Shown: positions 19,386 through 28,204 of the stretch, piece by piece
How the letters are laid out: each line of letters begins with the position of its first letter
Numbering within the stretch: position 1 is the first letter of the stretch
From: a virus
Virus record (IMG/VR): IMGVR_UViG_3300042465_006864
Location: 32,001 to 96,000 of that record
DNA: 64,000 nt
Direction: 5' to 3' (one strand)
Translations under genes and position numbers: made by a program
Notes under the pieces: model-generated
Told to the model about the DNA's origin: nothing
Seen by the model: only the letters and a program-made list of their open reading frames with translations
Databases searched by the model: none

Positions 19386-19766
19386 ATGACAATCACACAA
19401 CAACTTAAAGTAAAGGAATTCCCATTCATCATCAGAAATTCAAAAGGTCAAGAGGTTTACTGGGAGAACTCCGATGGATTTTGGGTAAAACGTGAATACG
19501 ATTCCAATGGTAATGAGATTTACTTCGAGAACTCTTATGGAAGTTGGGAGAAGCGTGAATACGATTCCGATAGTAATCGGATTTACTTCGAGAAATCTAA
19601 TGGATTTTGGGCAAAAAGTGAATATGATTCTAATGGTAAAGAGATTTACTGGGAGAATTCCGATAGAGAAATCATTGATAATCGTCCCAAGACAGAAATC
19701 CAAAAAGCCATTGAACTTCTCACGAAAGAAGGATTGATCGTAGATGGTAAGATTTTAAAAAACTAA
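19386..19766 (+). CDS. YD-like repeat protein, paralog 1
   Basis: Tandem ~20-aa units REYDSNGNEIYFENSYGSWE. Confidence 0.75.
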   Translation: MTITQQLKVKEFPFIIRNSKGQEVYWENSDGFWVKREYDSNGNEIYFENSYGSWEKREYDSDSNRIYFEKSNGFWAKSEYDSNGKEIYWENSDREIIDNRPKTEIQKAIELLTKEGLIVDGKILKN

Positions 19767-19785
19767 GATACAATCATAACATAAT

Positions 19786-20169
19786 ATGAAAACAATAGCA
19801 CAACAACTTAATGTAAAGGAATTCCCATTCATCATCAGAAATTCAAAAGGTCAAGAGATTTACTGGGAGAACTCAGATGGACGTTGGCATAAACGTGAAT
19901 ACGATTCCAAAGGTAATCAGATTTACTACGAGAACTCTTATGGAAGTTGGGAGAAGCGTGAATACGATTCTAAGGGTAATCAGATTTACTTCGAGAACTC
20001 TAATGGATACTGGGCAAAAAGTGAATACGATTCCAAAGGTAAAGATATTTACTACGAGAACTCTAATGGAACAGTCATTGATAATCGCCCGAAAACAGAA
20101 ATCCAAAAGGCAATCGAACTTTTGACAAAAGAAGGATTGCTGGTAGATGGAAAGATTTTAAAACAATAA
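19786..20169 (+). CDS. YD-like repeat protein, paralog 2
   Basis: Near-identical N- and C-termini to 19386..19766; REYDSKGNQIYYENS units. Confidence 0.75.
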   Translation: MKTIAQQLNVKEFPFIIRNSKGQEIYWENSDGRWHKREYDSKGNQIYYENSYGSWEKREYDSKGNQIYFENSNGYWAKSEYDSKGKDIYYENSNGTVIDNRPKTEIQKAIELLTKEGLLVDGKILKQ

Positions 20170-20177
20170 AAACAAGC

Positions 20178-20735
20178 ATGAAACTATTCTGGGACATTGA
20201 TGAAACGCTGATTCACTCTCGCGCTTACATTCACGAAAAATACAAACACACATTCATTGTTGATGTTTACGACGAACTCTACTATACTTGTGTAAGACCC
20301 TGCGCGAAACAAGTGATTGAATACAGCCGCGAAGTATTCGGGGCAGATAATGTATATATCCTCACCGCTGCCGCAGAGCTTTACGCTCAACGCATCAATA
20401 AACTAGCGAAATGGAACTTCCCCGAAGATCATATCATTGGGCGCGAAACAACTGAGCGTTACTGCATCAATATACCAAGCCTGTATGGTAGCGACACTTT
20501 CGTAAGCGAACATCCTTTGGCTAATAAAAACAACCTTTTAATTGATAATTTATTTCCGCCATTTAATCATGAAAAGACATCATTAATGTTGATTAATCAA
20601 AAAAATTACTTGACAGTCGAAGACTATATTGGTAATAATCTTGACGACGACATCTTCAGAGATAAAGTGAAACATTTTATGGATGATGCGCTGAACCGTT
20701 ACGCTGACAATTTAATAGAACAACAAAAACAATGA
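20178..20735 (+). CDS. HAD-superfamily (NIF/FCP1-like) phosphatase
   Basis: WDIDETLIHS (DxDxT), VRP and LLIDN motifs. Confidence 0.8.
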   Translation: MKLFWDIDETLIHSRAYIHEKYKHTFIVDVYDELYYTCVRPCAKQVIEYSREVFGADNVYILTAAAELYAQRINKLAKWNFPEDHIIGRETTERYCINIPSLYGSDTFVSEHPLANKNNLLIDNLFPPFNHEKTSLMLINQKNYLTVEDYIGNNLDDDIFRDKVKHFMDDALNRYADNLIEQQKQ

Positions 20736-21088
20736 AAATCGGAGACACAATAACATGCATAGACACTTGCTATGCGCAAGAACTTATAGATGGTGGTGAG
20801 TATCGTATTGTCGATATTAACGAACGTGGCAACCTTCAAATCCAAACGATTGAAGATTATCAAACTTTATCCTATTACTACGATCCTGATAGATTTGAAC
20901 TAATCGTTGATGACGAGACGACTATCTCTAATGAGATTGTAGTTGATTTTGGCGGCATCAAGATTAGGCTTTATGATGATCGTTCTGTTTTATTTGGTGG
21001 CTCAGTGCCAACTATCGGATGTTCCGATAAAGAGATTGATAACCTCATTCGCGCTCTTCTCGCTTTTCGCAACGGTGAAACTTATTAA
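20732..21088 (+). CDS. hypothetical protein
   Basis: ATGA overlap. Confidence 0.65.
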   Translation: MKIGDTITCIDTCYAQELIDGGEYRIVDINERGNLQIQTIEDYQTLSYYYDPDRFELIVDDETTISNEIVVDFGGIKIRLYDDRSVLFGGSVPTIGCSDKEIDNLIRALLAFRNGETY

Positions 21089-21108
21089 ACAATAAATAAA
21101 TAAATAAA

Positions 21109-21393
21109 ATGAATTATACAAACGAACAAATTAAAAAACCATCTCCTAATAGCAACATTAAAGACGTAATGGAAGAGTTGCATCACAACATTATGATAAA
21201 TCGAGAACTTATAGCTATTCTGGAAGACCGAACGCTTCCGATTCGCCTTGAGAGTCCGACAGTAGCTACAACAACTTCTGATAAACCGTACCCTCCTCTT
21301 TCCGCAATCGAAGCATCTATTTGGGATTATAAAGAAACAGTTCAGCGAAACAATAACGCGATAAATCACATTCTTGAAACTTTGCGACTTTAA
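21109..21393 (+). CDS. hypothetical protein
   Basis: Operon ORF. Confidence 0.6.
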   Translation: MNYTNEQIKKPSPNSNIKDVMEELHHNIMINRELIAILEDRTLPIRLESPTVATTTSDKPYPPLSAIEASIWDYKETVQRNNNAINHILETLRL

Positions 21394-21396
21394 TAC

Positions 21397-21675
21397 ATGA
21401 AATTACAAACAGTCGCAGAAGTAGCTGCCATTGAAGGCAGTTGGGACACAAAAGCTTTGCGTATGACAGATCACGCGCAAAAACTCGAAAGTAAATCTCT
21501 TTTGGCGTTGGCGACTCTCAACTTATTAGTGGATGCAGTTGAACAGGCTATTGAGTTTGGCGATTGGAAAGTTGATGGGCGTTGTGATCCTGATATGGTG
21601 CTATCGTGCGCAAGAGACTTACTATTTGACAATGGATATGAAAAAAGTCTTGACACGCTAGCACAAGAAGTGTAA
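21397..21675 (+). CDS. hypothetical protein
   Basis: Operon ORF. Confidence 0.65.
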   Translation: MKLQTVAEVAAIEGSWDTKALRMTDHAQKLESKSLLALATLNLLVDAVEQAIEFGDWKVDGRCDPDMVLSCARDLLFDNGYEKSLDTLAQEV

Positions 21676-21683
21676 TAATCTTC

Positions 21684-21975
21684 TGGCGCTGACATACCGC
21701 TTAGTATGTCCCTACACTCGCGTTCATTGCATTGAGGGCTAAGATGCACTCCCAGAGGGGTGCATTGACGAAGGCAGCACCAGACTAGGCATAGTTTAAG
21801 AGCCTTACGAACTTGAGCGACCTGAACAGTGGATGCGAGTGTGGGAAACCATAAAAGAACTAGCGCTAACATCAGATAAGCGTACTATGAGCTTACGAAG
21901 GCTAGCTTAAAAATTCGTGGCAAGTAAATGTAGGGAAATTGTCTGGTTGACTGTCGTGAACAGAGCGACTTAAAC
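21684..21975 (+). ncRNA. putative large structured ncRNA, family unknown
   Basis: ~300-nt intergenic region; 19-bp helix 21711-21729/21827-21845 with four G-U pairs; several other hairpins; starts 8 nt after a GTGTAA motif. Confidence 0.6.
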
Positions 21976-21987
21976 TTTCTAATAAAT

Positions 21988-23826
21988 ATGATTAAAAATA
22001 TATTAGTATATTCTTCCGTTGGAGACATTTGCACATTCTTTCCGATGTGGAAACACGATAAAATTCAATACGCTTTCAATTACTACGGCAACAATACAGA
22101 GCGAAAAGAGCATATTAAATCATGCTGCGACTACTTTAGCCACATAAAAGGCACGAAGTTTAATTTGTTTTCAAAATTATTTGGGACACTGCCTCTATTT
22201 GATTACTATGTATTGCTCGACGACGATCTTAATCTCACAGGCGCAGATATTATGCAAATGGTTGAGAAAATGGACGCTTTAGGCTACGGTGTAGGATCGC
22301 CATCACATTCTCCAGAGGGAAGCATGTCGTGGTCTATCATGAAGACTCAAGACAGCAGCGAATACCGAAGCGTCGATTTTGTTGAAATGACTGGCGTTAT
22401 TTTTAATCAACAAGAAATGAAAAGATTTTTGGATGCTTATACTCCTTACGCCGATCAAATGGTTGGTTTTGGCGTGGATTATATCATTCATAGCGTTTGC
22501 AATAAGCCGTTTGTTATTTTTGACAACGTATCAGTGGTAAATCCAACCAATGAACAAAAGGGAATCAAACAACAAGAAATAGAAACATATTTATCGGGGC
22601 AAAGTGATAGAGATATGTGGGAAAAAGTTCTTGCCGATCCTAACAATAGTTTTGTAGCTTATTCGCCGAAAACAATTAGCCTCAAAAAGAGAAAGACTGT
22701 CCCGAAAGTCAACATTGACAGCTTTTTAAAATCATTAAAAAAGAAAAAAGTACACGCCTTTCAATCTTTAGCGTCAGCTACTAAAAAGCGACTAGAGCAG
22801 CATGGATTGATTGTTGATTATATCAGTAACCAAAGCGGTCATCGCAAACCTGATTCTGATGTTTTAGTTATAGATTTCAATACAGCGTCTTTTGGAAAAG
22901 ATTGCGAGAGCGTTAATCAACACAAATACAAATACAAAAAAATTCTTTTAATAGGTTTTTTGGTTACGGATTACAACGGTCATGATTATAGTGATGACTT
23001 GGCTAAATTACCCCAACACACAATAGTCGAGGCGTTGGATGATTATAGCGATAGATTTTATAGCAAATTTCTATTAGGTCAATTTGTTGGCACACCAGAT
23101 GATGTCACGAATAAAGTCAGTGTTGTTTGCGCTTGCATGAATCGTAACGATGTTTTGCGAGTCAACATAACTTCTTGGCTGCATTTTTCGGAAGTTGGAG
23201 AGATTGTTGTTGTTGATTGGAGCAGCGATCAGCCTTTAGACTATCTAACAACACTAGACCCAAGAATCAAAGTAATAAGAGTAGACGGTCAAAAGCAATT
23301 TAATATATCACAGGCATTTAACTTAGCGATAGATAATGCAAGCTTAGAATACGTATTGAAATTAGACACTGATTACTTTTTAAATCCGTATTATAATTTT
23401 TTTAAACATCATCCAATGAATTCTGAGGTATTTTACGCAGGAAATTGGAATATCGACTCAGAGCTTCCCGCACCTATATTTCAACATTTGGCTGGATTGT
23501 GCTACGTTCAGAGAGATGTGCTAGCGTCAATCAACGGATATAACGAACATTTTTCGGGCTATGGTTATGATGATGCTGATTTACGCATTCGATTACAAAG
23601 TGTTCATGTTGGTAAATTGCTTCCAATTAAATACGATTACAGTATTATGCACATACCTCACGCAAGCTCGCTGAGAATAGCTCACTACATCGACAGTCAA
23701 TACAACGTATCAAACAACAAAGAAACTGCAAAAAACATGGGCATCGCTCCAAACAGAGTAAGATCGTGGACGATAAAAAATACACAAAACCCCAATTATT
23801 TTCTTGCACACGATCCAACTCTGTGA
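21988..23826 (+). CDS. multidomain glycosyltransferase (GT-A folds)
   Basis: N-terminal YYVLLDDDL...FVEMTG domain; C-terminal GT2/GT7-like SVVCACMNR...VVVDWSS...KLDTD...NGYNEHFSGYGYDDADL. Confidence 0.8.
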   Translation: MIKNILVYSSVGDICTFFPMWKHDKIQYAFNYYGNNTERKEHIKSCCDYFSHIKGTKFNLFSKLFGTLPLFDYYVLLDDDLNLTGADIMQMVEKMDALGYGVGSPSHSPEGSMSWSIMKTQDSSEYRSVDFVEMTGVIFNQQEMKRFLDAYTPYADQMVGFGVDYIIHSVCNKPFVIFDNVSVVNPTNEQKGIKQQEIETYLSGQSDRDMWEKVLADPNNSFVAYSPKTISLKKRKTVPKVNIDSFLKSLKKKKVHAFQSLASATKKRLEQHGLIVDYISNQSGHRKPDSDVLVIDFNTASFGKDCESVNQHKYKYKKILLIGFLVTDYNGHDYSDDLAKLPQHTIVEALDDYSDRFYSKFLLGQFVGTPDDVTNKVSVVCACMNRNDVLRVNITSWLHFSEVGEIVVVDWSSDQPLDYLTTLDPRIKVIRVDGQKQFNISQAFNLAIDNASLEYVLKLDTDYFLNPYYNFFKHHPMNSEVFYAGNWNIDSELPAPIFQHLAGLCYVQRDVLASINGYNEHFSGYGYDDADLRIRLQSVHVGKLLPIKYDYSIMHIPHASSLRIAHYIDSQYNVSNNKETAKNMGIAPNRVRSWTIKNTQNPNYFLAHDPTL

Positions 23827-23855
23827 TATAGTCAGCACACGAACATATAAACACA

Positions 23856-24146
23856 ATGATTAAAAACATTACAGCAGAAGAAATTAAAACAACATACCGC
23901 GACAATCATGGATTCGCATTTGTTTCGGCGCAACCAGTTTCTGACGATGCAATCTATCGACTGGCAGATTCATTGATTCAATTCAACATTGCGACTAAAC
24001 ATCCTATTGTCGTGACACGTTATCAACAAGGCGTGGTTTTTATTTACGATGATTTCGACGCTCCTAAGTTTTTCGCTAAGGCGCAATTTGCAGAGCAGGT
24101 GCTTGGTATTTGCAAAATAGTTCCATTTTTGGAGTATGTGAAGTAA
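23856..24146 (+). CDS. hypothetical protein
   Basis: ORF. Confidence 0.65.
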   Translation: MIKNITAEEIKTTYRDNHGFAFVSAQPVSDDAIYRLADSLIQFNIATKHPIVVTRYQQGVVFIYDDFDAPKFFAKAQFAEQVLGICKIVPFLEYVK

Positions 24147-24153
24147 CAATTTT

Positions 24154-24308
24154 GAGCGTGTGGCGGAATTAGACGCAGTGGGTTCGACTCCCACCTCCTC
24201 CATTCTTGGAGAGACGAGAAACGGACGAGACTAACAGGTGAGAGTCCAGTGCTTCCATTTCGGGGGCAGCGTTAGTCATGCAGGTAATCAATCCTGCCAC
24301 GCTCGCCA
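24154..24308 (+). ncRNA. tRNA-like RNA with ~100-nt insert in place of the anticodon arm
   Basis: Acceptor GAGCGTG/CACGCTC-GCCA, Leu-like D region, outer T-like stem GCAGG/CCTGC, second internal T-arm GTGGG-TTCGACT-CCCAC. Confidence 0.6.
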
Positions 24309-24339
24309 ATTAAAAATAATAAAAACAATAAAAAAACAA

Positions 24340-24528
24340 ATGAAGTCAATTGATCTTGCGATGGCGTTTATCTCTTTAGCTCTAATAGCTATATTTGGGA
24401 CTTGTATGGCAATGTTTGGAGCTGATGAAGTGGCAAGTCTACGAAAGCAAGCTATAGAACGTGGACATGCTGAATACGTGGTAGACTCAAATGGAAAAAT
24501 AACTTGGCAATGGAAGGATGCAAAATGA
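24340..24528 (+). CDS. small membrane protein
   Basis: Start MKSIDL; TM segment then KQAIERGHAEY. Confidence 0.65.
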   Translation: MKSIDLAMAFISLALIAIFGTCMAMFGADEVASLRKQAIERGHAEYVVDSNGKITWQWKDAK

Positions 24529-24746
24529 TGAATGTTAGTGTAATTGATGTTTTTTATAGCATTGTGATTCTTGCGCTATTTATTATAATTTTTAGGAACG
24601 CAATAGATAAAACGCATCAACTTTCGCATGATTTCAAAAAATTAACAGAGCTTGAAAAAGAATTAGAGACGCGAGATCTGAATCAAGCTGAGCGTGAGGA
24701 ATTAAAAAAAGAACTGGCCGCATTTGGCATAAAAAGCTATGACTGA
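24525..24746 (+). CDS. small membrane protein
   Basis: ATGA overlap; N-terminal TM plus coiled coil. Confidence 0.6.
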   Translation: MMNVSVIDVFYSIVILALFIIIFRNAIDKTHQLSHDFKKLTELEKELETRDLNQAEREELKKELAAFGIKSYD

Positions 24747-25107
24747 CCTAGAAATCAACGCCGCAATTGCAGAATCATTAGGCTACATGGACATTTACCG
24801 TTGTGGACAAAGTGGTAAACGCACTGAGCAGGGACTGTTGCACGGCAAACTGCTTTGCGGCACTCTGGATCAGCCGTCAATAAACTATGGGCGCGAGTAT
24901 GAGTTTATCAAACGATACACGCATTGTCTCAACGCGATGCACGAAGCTATGCTTGCGCACCCTCGCAAAGACCTGCTAAGAAAATTCCTATACTTGGAAG
25001 TATTAGAAGACCCAACAAACACAACAAACGAACCAGCATGGGCAACAGCTAAACAGTGGGCAACGGCTTACGTAAAATCATTAGGAAAGTGGAGCTACAA
25101 TGACTAA
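24739..25107 (+). CDS. hypothetical phage protein
   Basis: MTDLEINAAIAE...YTHCLNAMHEA...ATAKQWATAY. Confidence 0.7.
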   Translation: MTDLEINAAIAESLGYMDIYRCGQSGKRTEQGLLHGKLLCGTLDQPSINYGREYEFIKRYTHCLNAMHEAMLAHPRKDLLRKFLYLEVLEDPTNTTNEPAWATAKQWATAYVKSLGKWSYND

Positions 25108-25128
25108 TAAACAAAAAAGAAATAAACT

Positions 25129-25395
25129 ATGAACTACCCATTTTACGAACCTGTAACTATTAGCATCCCAGAGCAAGACCTAAGAAACATTCTTGATTGC
25201 TTAGAGTCGGGGTTAGAAAGCTCACAAGAACTACTGATACAACACGATGTCAATTTCGGGCGCACAACCAAAAAAAATAAAATGCTCGCCAACATTCTGG
25301 AATCAGAAATCGAGCGTACAAAATCATCAATCACATTACTAAAAAATTCAATTGGAGCAGCGGAACAAATAATTAAAAATTACAAAAAACAATGA
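25129..25395 (+). CDS. hypothetical protein
   Basis: Operon ORF. Confidence 0.6.
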   Translation: MNYPFYEPVTISIPEQDLRNILDCLESGLESSQELLIQHDVNFGRTTKKNKMLANILESEIERTKSSITLLKNSIGAAEQIIKNYKKQ

Positions 25396-25817
25396 GCGAA
25401 ACACCAAGAACAGACGTTGGAGTAGATTATTGGATTAATACTGGCGAACTCACAGAACTAAGAGACATTTCAGAAGAAATGGAACATGAACTTTTTCGCG
25501 CCAATAATTTAATCAAAGATTGTTTGGCGGCAATGCCAGTTGGTTATATTCCAACTCATACCCGCGAAAACCTGCCATCTATGATCGCTGATTTGGCGAG
25601 AGAACTAGCAGAAGAAACTCAAAACAGCGAAAAGCTAGAGAAAGAACTCGCCTCAATGACCCAACAAAGAGACGCTTTGATTATGTTCCTAGAATGCGAA
25701 ATGAACTGGATGTTCTTTCGGGCAGAGTATCAATTAGGTGAGAATCCCACACAACACGAACTCAATGGCAACAAAGTGCGTGAATACTTACAAAGCAAAG
25801 GATGGGAGGCAAAATGA
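25392..25817 (+). CDS. hypothetical protein
   Basis: ATGA overlap; SETPRTD N-terminus. Confidence 0.65.
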   Translation: MSETPRTDVGVDYWINTGELTELRDISEEMEHELFRANNLIKDCLAAMPVGYIPTHTRENLPSMIADLARELAEETQNSEKLEKELASMTQQRDALIMFLECEMNWMFFRAEYQLGENPTQHELNGNKVREYLQSKGWEAK

Positions 25818-26365
25818 CCATTATTTTCGGGGCAAGTAGTAATTTCAAATAATTTTACAACGAAACGCTTTAAAACAAATGCTTTGCTAATTATGAATAA
25901 GCGTTTGAACAGTATGTTTTTATTGTTTATGGGACATTTTGACGCAGTAGTTTGAACAAGTGCGACATTTTGTCACAGCGTATTCTGAGCATACTTTTCT
26001 ATGATAAAAACGTAGGAGAAAAAGAAGCCAAATTACGAACGACAAACAGCTAAATACGGAGACACCGACTCGCGAAGCCAAAACGCTGGAACCATTGAGT
26101 ATCAATGGTTTTTTGCTCCTACCACTCCCCTTTTTACCACTTTCCATACAGTATAACATAGGGGGGAATATACAGTAACGTATAGGGTAAATACAACAGA
26201 AGAAACAGCGTATGGGAACAATATGAGGAAAGAGGGTAGGGTGGGGATGGATTCACTGACTTTAAACTCTTTTTTATTCAATTTTCCTTGATTTATCAAC
26301 GTTTTTCCACAATATATTGATTTTTCTCTTGACACTCTACTATATATGGTATATATTTTCCCCCT

Positions 26366-26638
26366 ATGAAGAAAACGCTTATGTTTTTGTTGGTGGCGCT
26401 CCCGCTGGGAGCAGTATTGAGTATCGTTTTGTCCATTATCCTAGCAGGTGTGACATTTTGTCGCAGTTTCGCTGACTACTGGGCATACATCATCGTGCAG
26501 TTCTTTCCCCTATATGGAGAAAAAGAACCAGAACAGCAACCAGAACAACAACCAGAACAAATTAAAACAAACGTTTGGGACCGACACATCGCTCGCATGG
26601 AAGCATTGCAGCAAGAAGAAGAAAACAAAAAAAACTAA
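26366..26638 (+). CDS. membrane protein
   Basis: Hydrophobic N-half, PEQQ repeats; TTGACA promoter upstream. Confidence 0.6.
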   Translation: MKKTLMFLLVALPLGAVLSIVLSIILAGVTFCRSFADYWAYIIVQFFPLYGEKEPEQQPEQQPEQIKTNVWDRHIARMEALQQEEENKKN

Positions 26639-26721
26639 ATTACGAACGACAAACGGCGAAATAAACGAAAACAAATTACGAACGATTTTCGGCTAAATAA
26701 ACAATTAAATTACGAACGAAA

Positions 26722-26952
26722 ATGAGCCAAATAAACAAAGAAAAAATAGAACTAACAAAAAGATTCATTCGAAGCCTCGCGGAACTACAAGACGAGCATT
26801 ACACAATCTTGTTACAAGAGACAGACATATCTCCAAACGCAGAAGGCTTTTTGTTTGATTACGTATACAACAGCAATTGGACCACTTTCGAAGCGTACCT
26901 TGAGGCGTATGGTTACGATAGTCCAATTTACGAATCAGAAAGCGACAAATAA
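26722..26952 (+). CDS. hypothetical protein
   Basis: ORF between repeats. Confidence 0.6.
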   Translation: MSQINKEKIELTKRFIRSLAELQDEHYTILLQETDISPNAEGFLFDYVYNSNWTTFEAYLEAYGYDSPIYESESDK

Positions 26953-26991
26953 ACTGCCCCAAATTACGAACGATTTAACCCGAAATAATAT

Positions 26992-27210
26992 ATGAAAGAA
27001 ACAGCACCAGCAAATAATGAAATTACGAACGATATTCTCCTAAATAAAGAAGGAGTTAAAATGAGCCTAGAAGAAATCATGTGGGAAGCTCGCCGCAGAA
27101 AGAATAGAAAACTTTATACTATGGCGCGGAACGAACTGGGTCTAGGTAAACATTGGCTACAGCAGAAGCGATTGCCCAAGTCGCGGCAGTGGGGCGGCGG
27201 CATTAAATAG
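26992..27210 (+). CDS. small basic hypothetical protein (start may be 27061)
   Basis: ORF between repeats. Confidence 0.45.
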   Translation: MKETAPANNEITNDILLNKEGVKMSLEEIMWEARRRKNRKLYTMARNELGLGKHWLQQKRLPKSRQWGGGIK

Positions 27211-27330
27211 TATTTAAAATTACGAACGATATTGCCCGAAATAAACGGGGGTGTGGCATTTTGTCGCACCTCCAATTACGAACGATTTTTTTCTAAATAA
27301 ATTACGAACCTCTTTGCCCGAAATAAACAA

Positions 27331-27564
27331 ATGAAACCATACTATTACGTAGCGATGAAGCTCACTAACGGATTGAAGGACATCTCAATCCTCTCCAGAC
27401 ACGACACTTTAGAATCTGCGGTTAAAGCTTCGGAGACGTATGCGGAACAGCGCCCGACTACAACATTCGAAGTGCTACAGTGTGTGGCGATCAGTAGCAC
27501 CCCAAAACCACTTGCCACAACCTTCTACTTAGATAAAGCCCTCAATAATATTCCTACTGATTAA
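27331..27564 (+). CDS. hypothetical protein
   Basis: ORF. Confidence 0.6.
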   Translation: MKPYYYVAMKLTNGLKDISILSRHDTLESAVKASETYAEQRPTTTFEVLQCVAISSTPKPLATTFYLDKALNNIPTD

Positions 27565-27622
27565 AAAATATTTAAAAAAGATCTTGACACATCGGTAGTT
27601 GGTATGGTAATTTCGCGGCGAC

Positions 27623-27877
27623 ATGAACTCAGACAATACAAAACGTGGTAAGGGCAGACCTGCTGGGAGCAATAGCTTCGTAAGAGTGCGCCTATGTGAT
27701 CTAGTAAATTTGATTGGAGCAAACGCTACTGTTCCTGTATCTAAGGTGTGGCTTCGCGAGAATGGATTTGAGGAAGCGGTAAATGCTCCGCTACCAACGA
27801 TTTCTTTTCGTGCTGTTGAACCAGAAGCAGAACCAGAAGAAAAAATCGAATTCTCTATCACTACATTTGAAGACTAA
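27623..27877 (+). CDS. hypothetical DNA-binding protein
   Basis: KRGKGRPAGS AT-hook-like motif; TTGACA promoter. Confidence 0.6.
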   Translation: MNSDNTKRGKGRPAGSNSFVRVRLCDLVNLIGANATVPVSKVWLRENGFEEAVNAPLPTISFRAVEPEAEPEEKIEFSITTFED

Positions 27878-27878
27878 T

Positions 27879-28145
27879 ATGAAAGCACAATCAGCATACT
27901 TCTCACTGTCTAATGACACTGGCTACGATGCCTTGGAAGTGCATACCGTTCAAATCTTTTTAGACGATTATGCAGATCAGCTGTCGGCAGGAGAAGAGAT
28001 TTGGGAAGGCGCATCAATAATCTGGAGCCTATACGGTCACACTCCAAACGAAGGATTAGAATGCATCGGTGATTTTAATTCTTTTGAAGCAGCATGTGAG
28101 ATTGCCGAGAAGTTGGGCGGAAAATTATTTCCAAAAACATCTTGA
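27879..28145 (+). CDS. hypothetical protein
   Basis: Start MKAQSA directly after the upstream stop. Confidence 0.6.
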   Translation: MKAQSAYFSLSNDTGYDALEVHTVQIFLDDYADQLSAGEEIWEGASIIWSLYGHTPNEGLECIGDFNSFEAACEIAEKLGGKLFPKTS

Positions 28146-28204
28146 CATCACCACGAAAATAAACCATACTCCTCCCCCCCACTAACAACCACAACTACAC
28201 TACT

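Larger units (their letters stand above)
26031..27327 (+). repeat. nine direct repeats AATTACGAAC(GA), most followed by AAATA(A); iteron-like
   Basis: Copies start at 26031, 26638, 26674, 26708, 26962, 27021, 27218, 27274 and 27300, all on the same strand. Confidence 0.85.

Noticed and set aside
19386-20169. Diversity-generating retroelement TR/VR pair
   Set aside because: Differences between the copies are not confined to adenines, both are intact genes, and no reverse transcriptase is in the window.
21471-21872. 133-aa minus-strand ORF across the 21.7-kb intergenic region
   Set aside because: It overlaps a plus-strand gene, has implausible composition, and the G-U pairing favours a plus-strand RNA.
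24154-24308. tmRNA (one- or two-piece)
   Set aside because: Too short, no GGGG...GAUUCGAC 5' end pairing fully with the CTCCA end, and no tag reading frame recognised.
26031-27327. Mini-CRISPR from the AATTACGAAC repeats
   Set aside because: The repeat is only 10-12 bp and non-palindromic, with highly irregular spacing.
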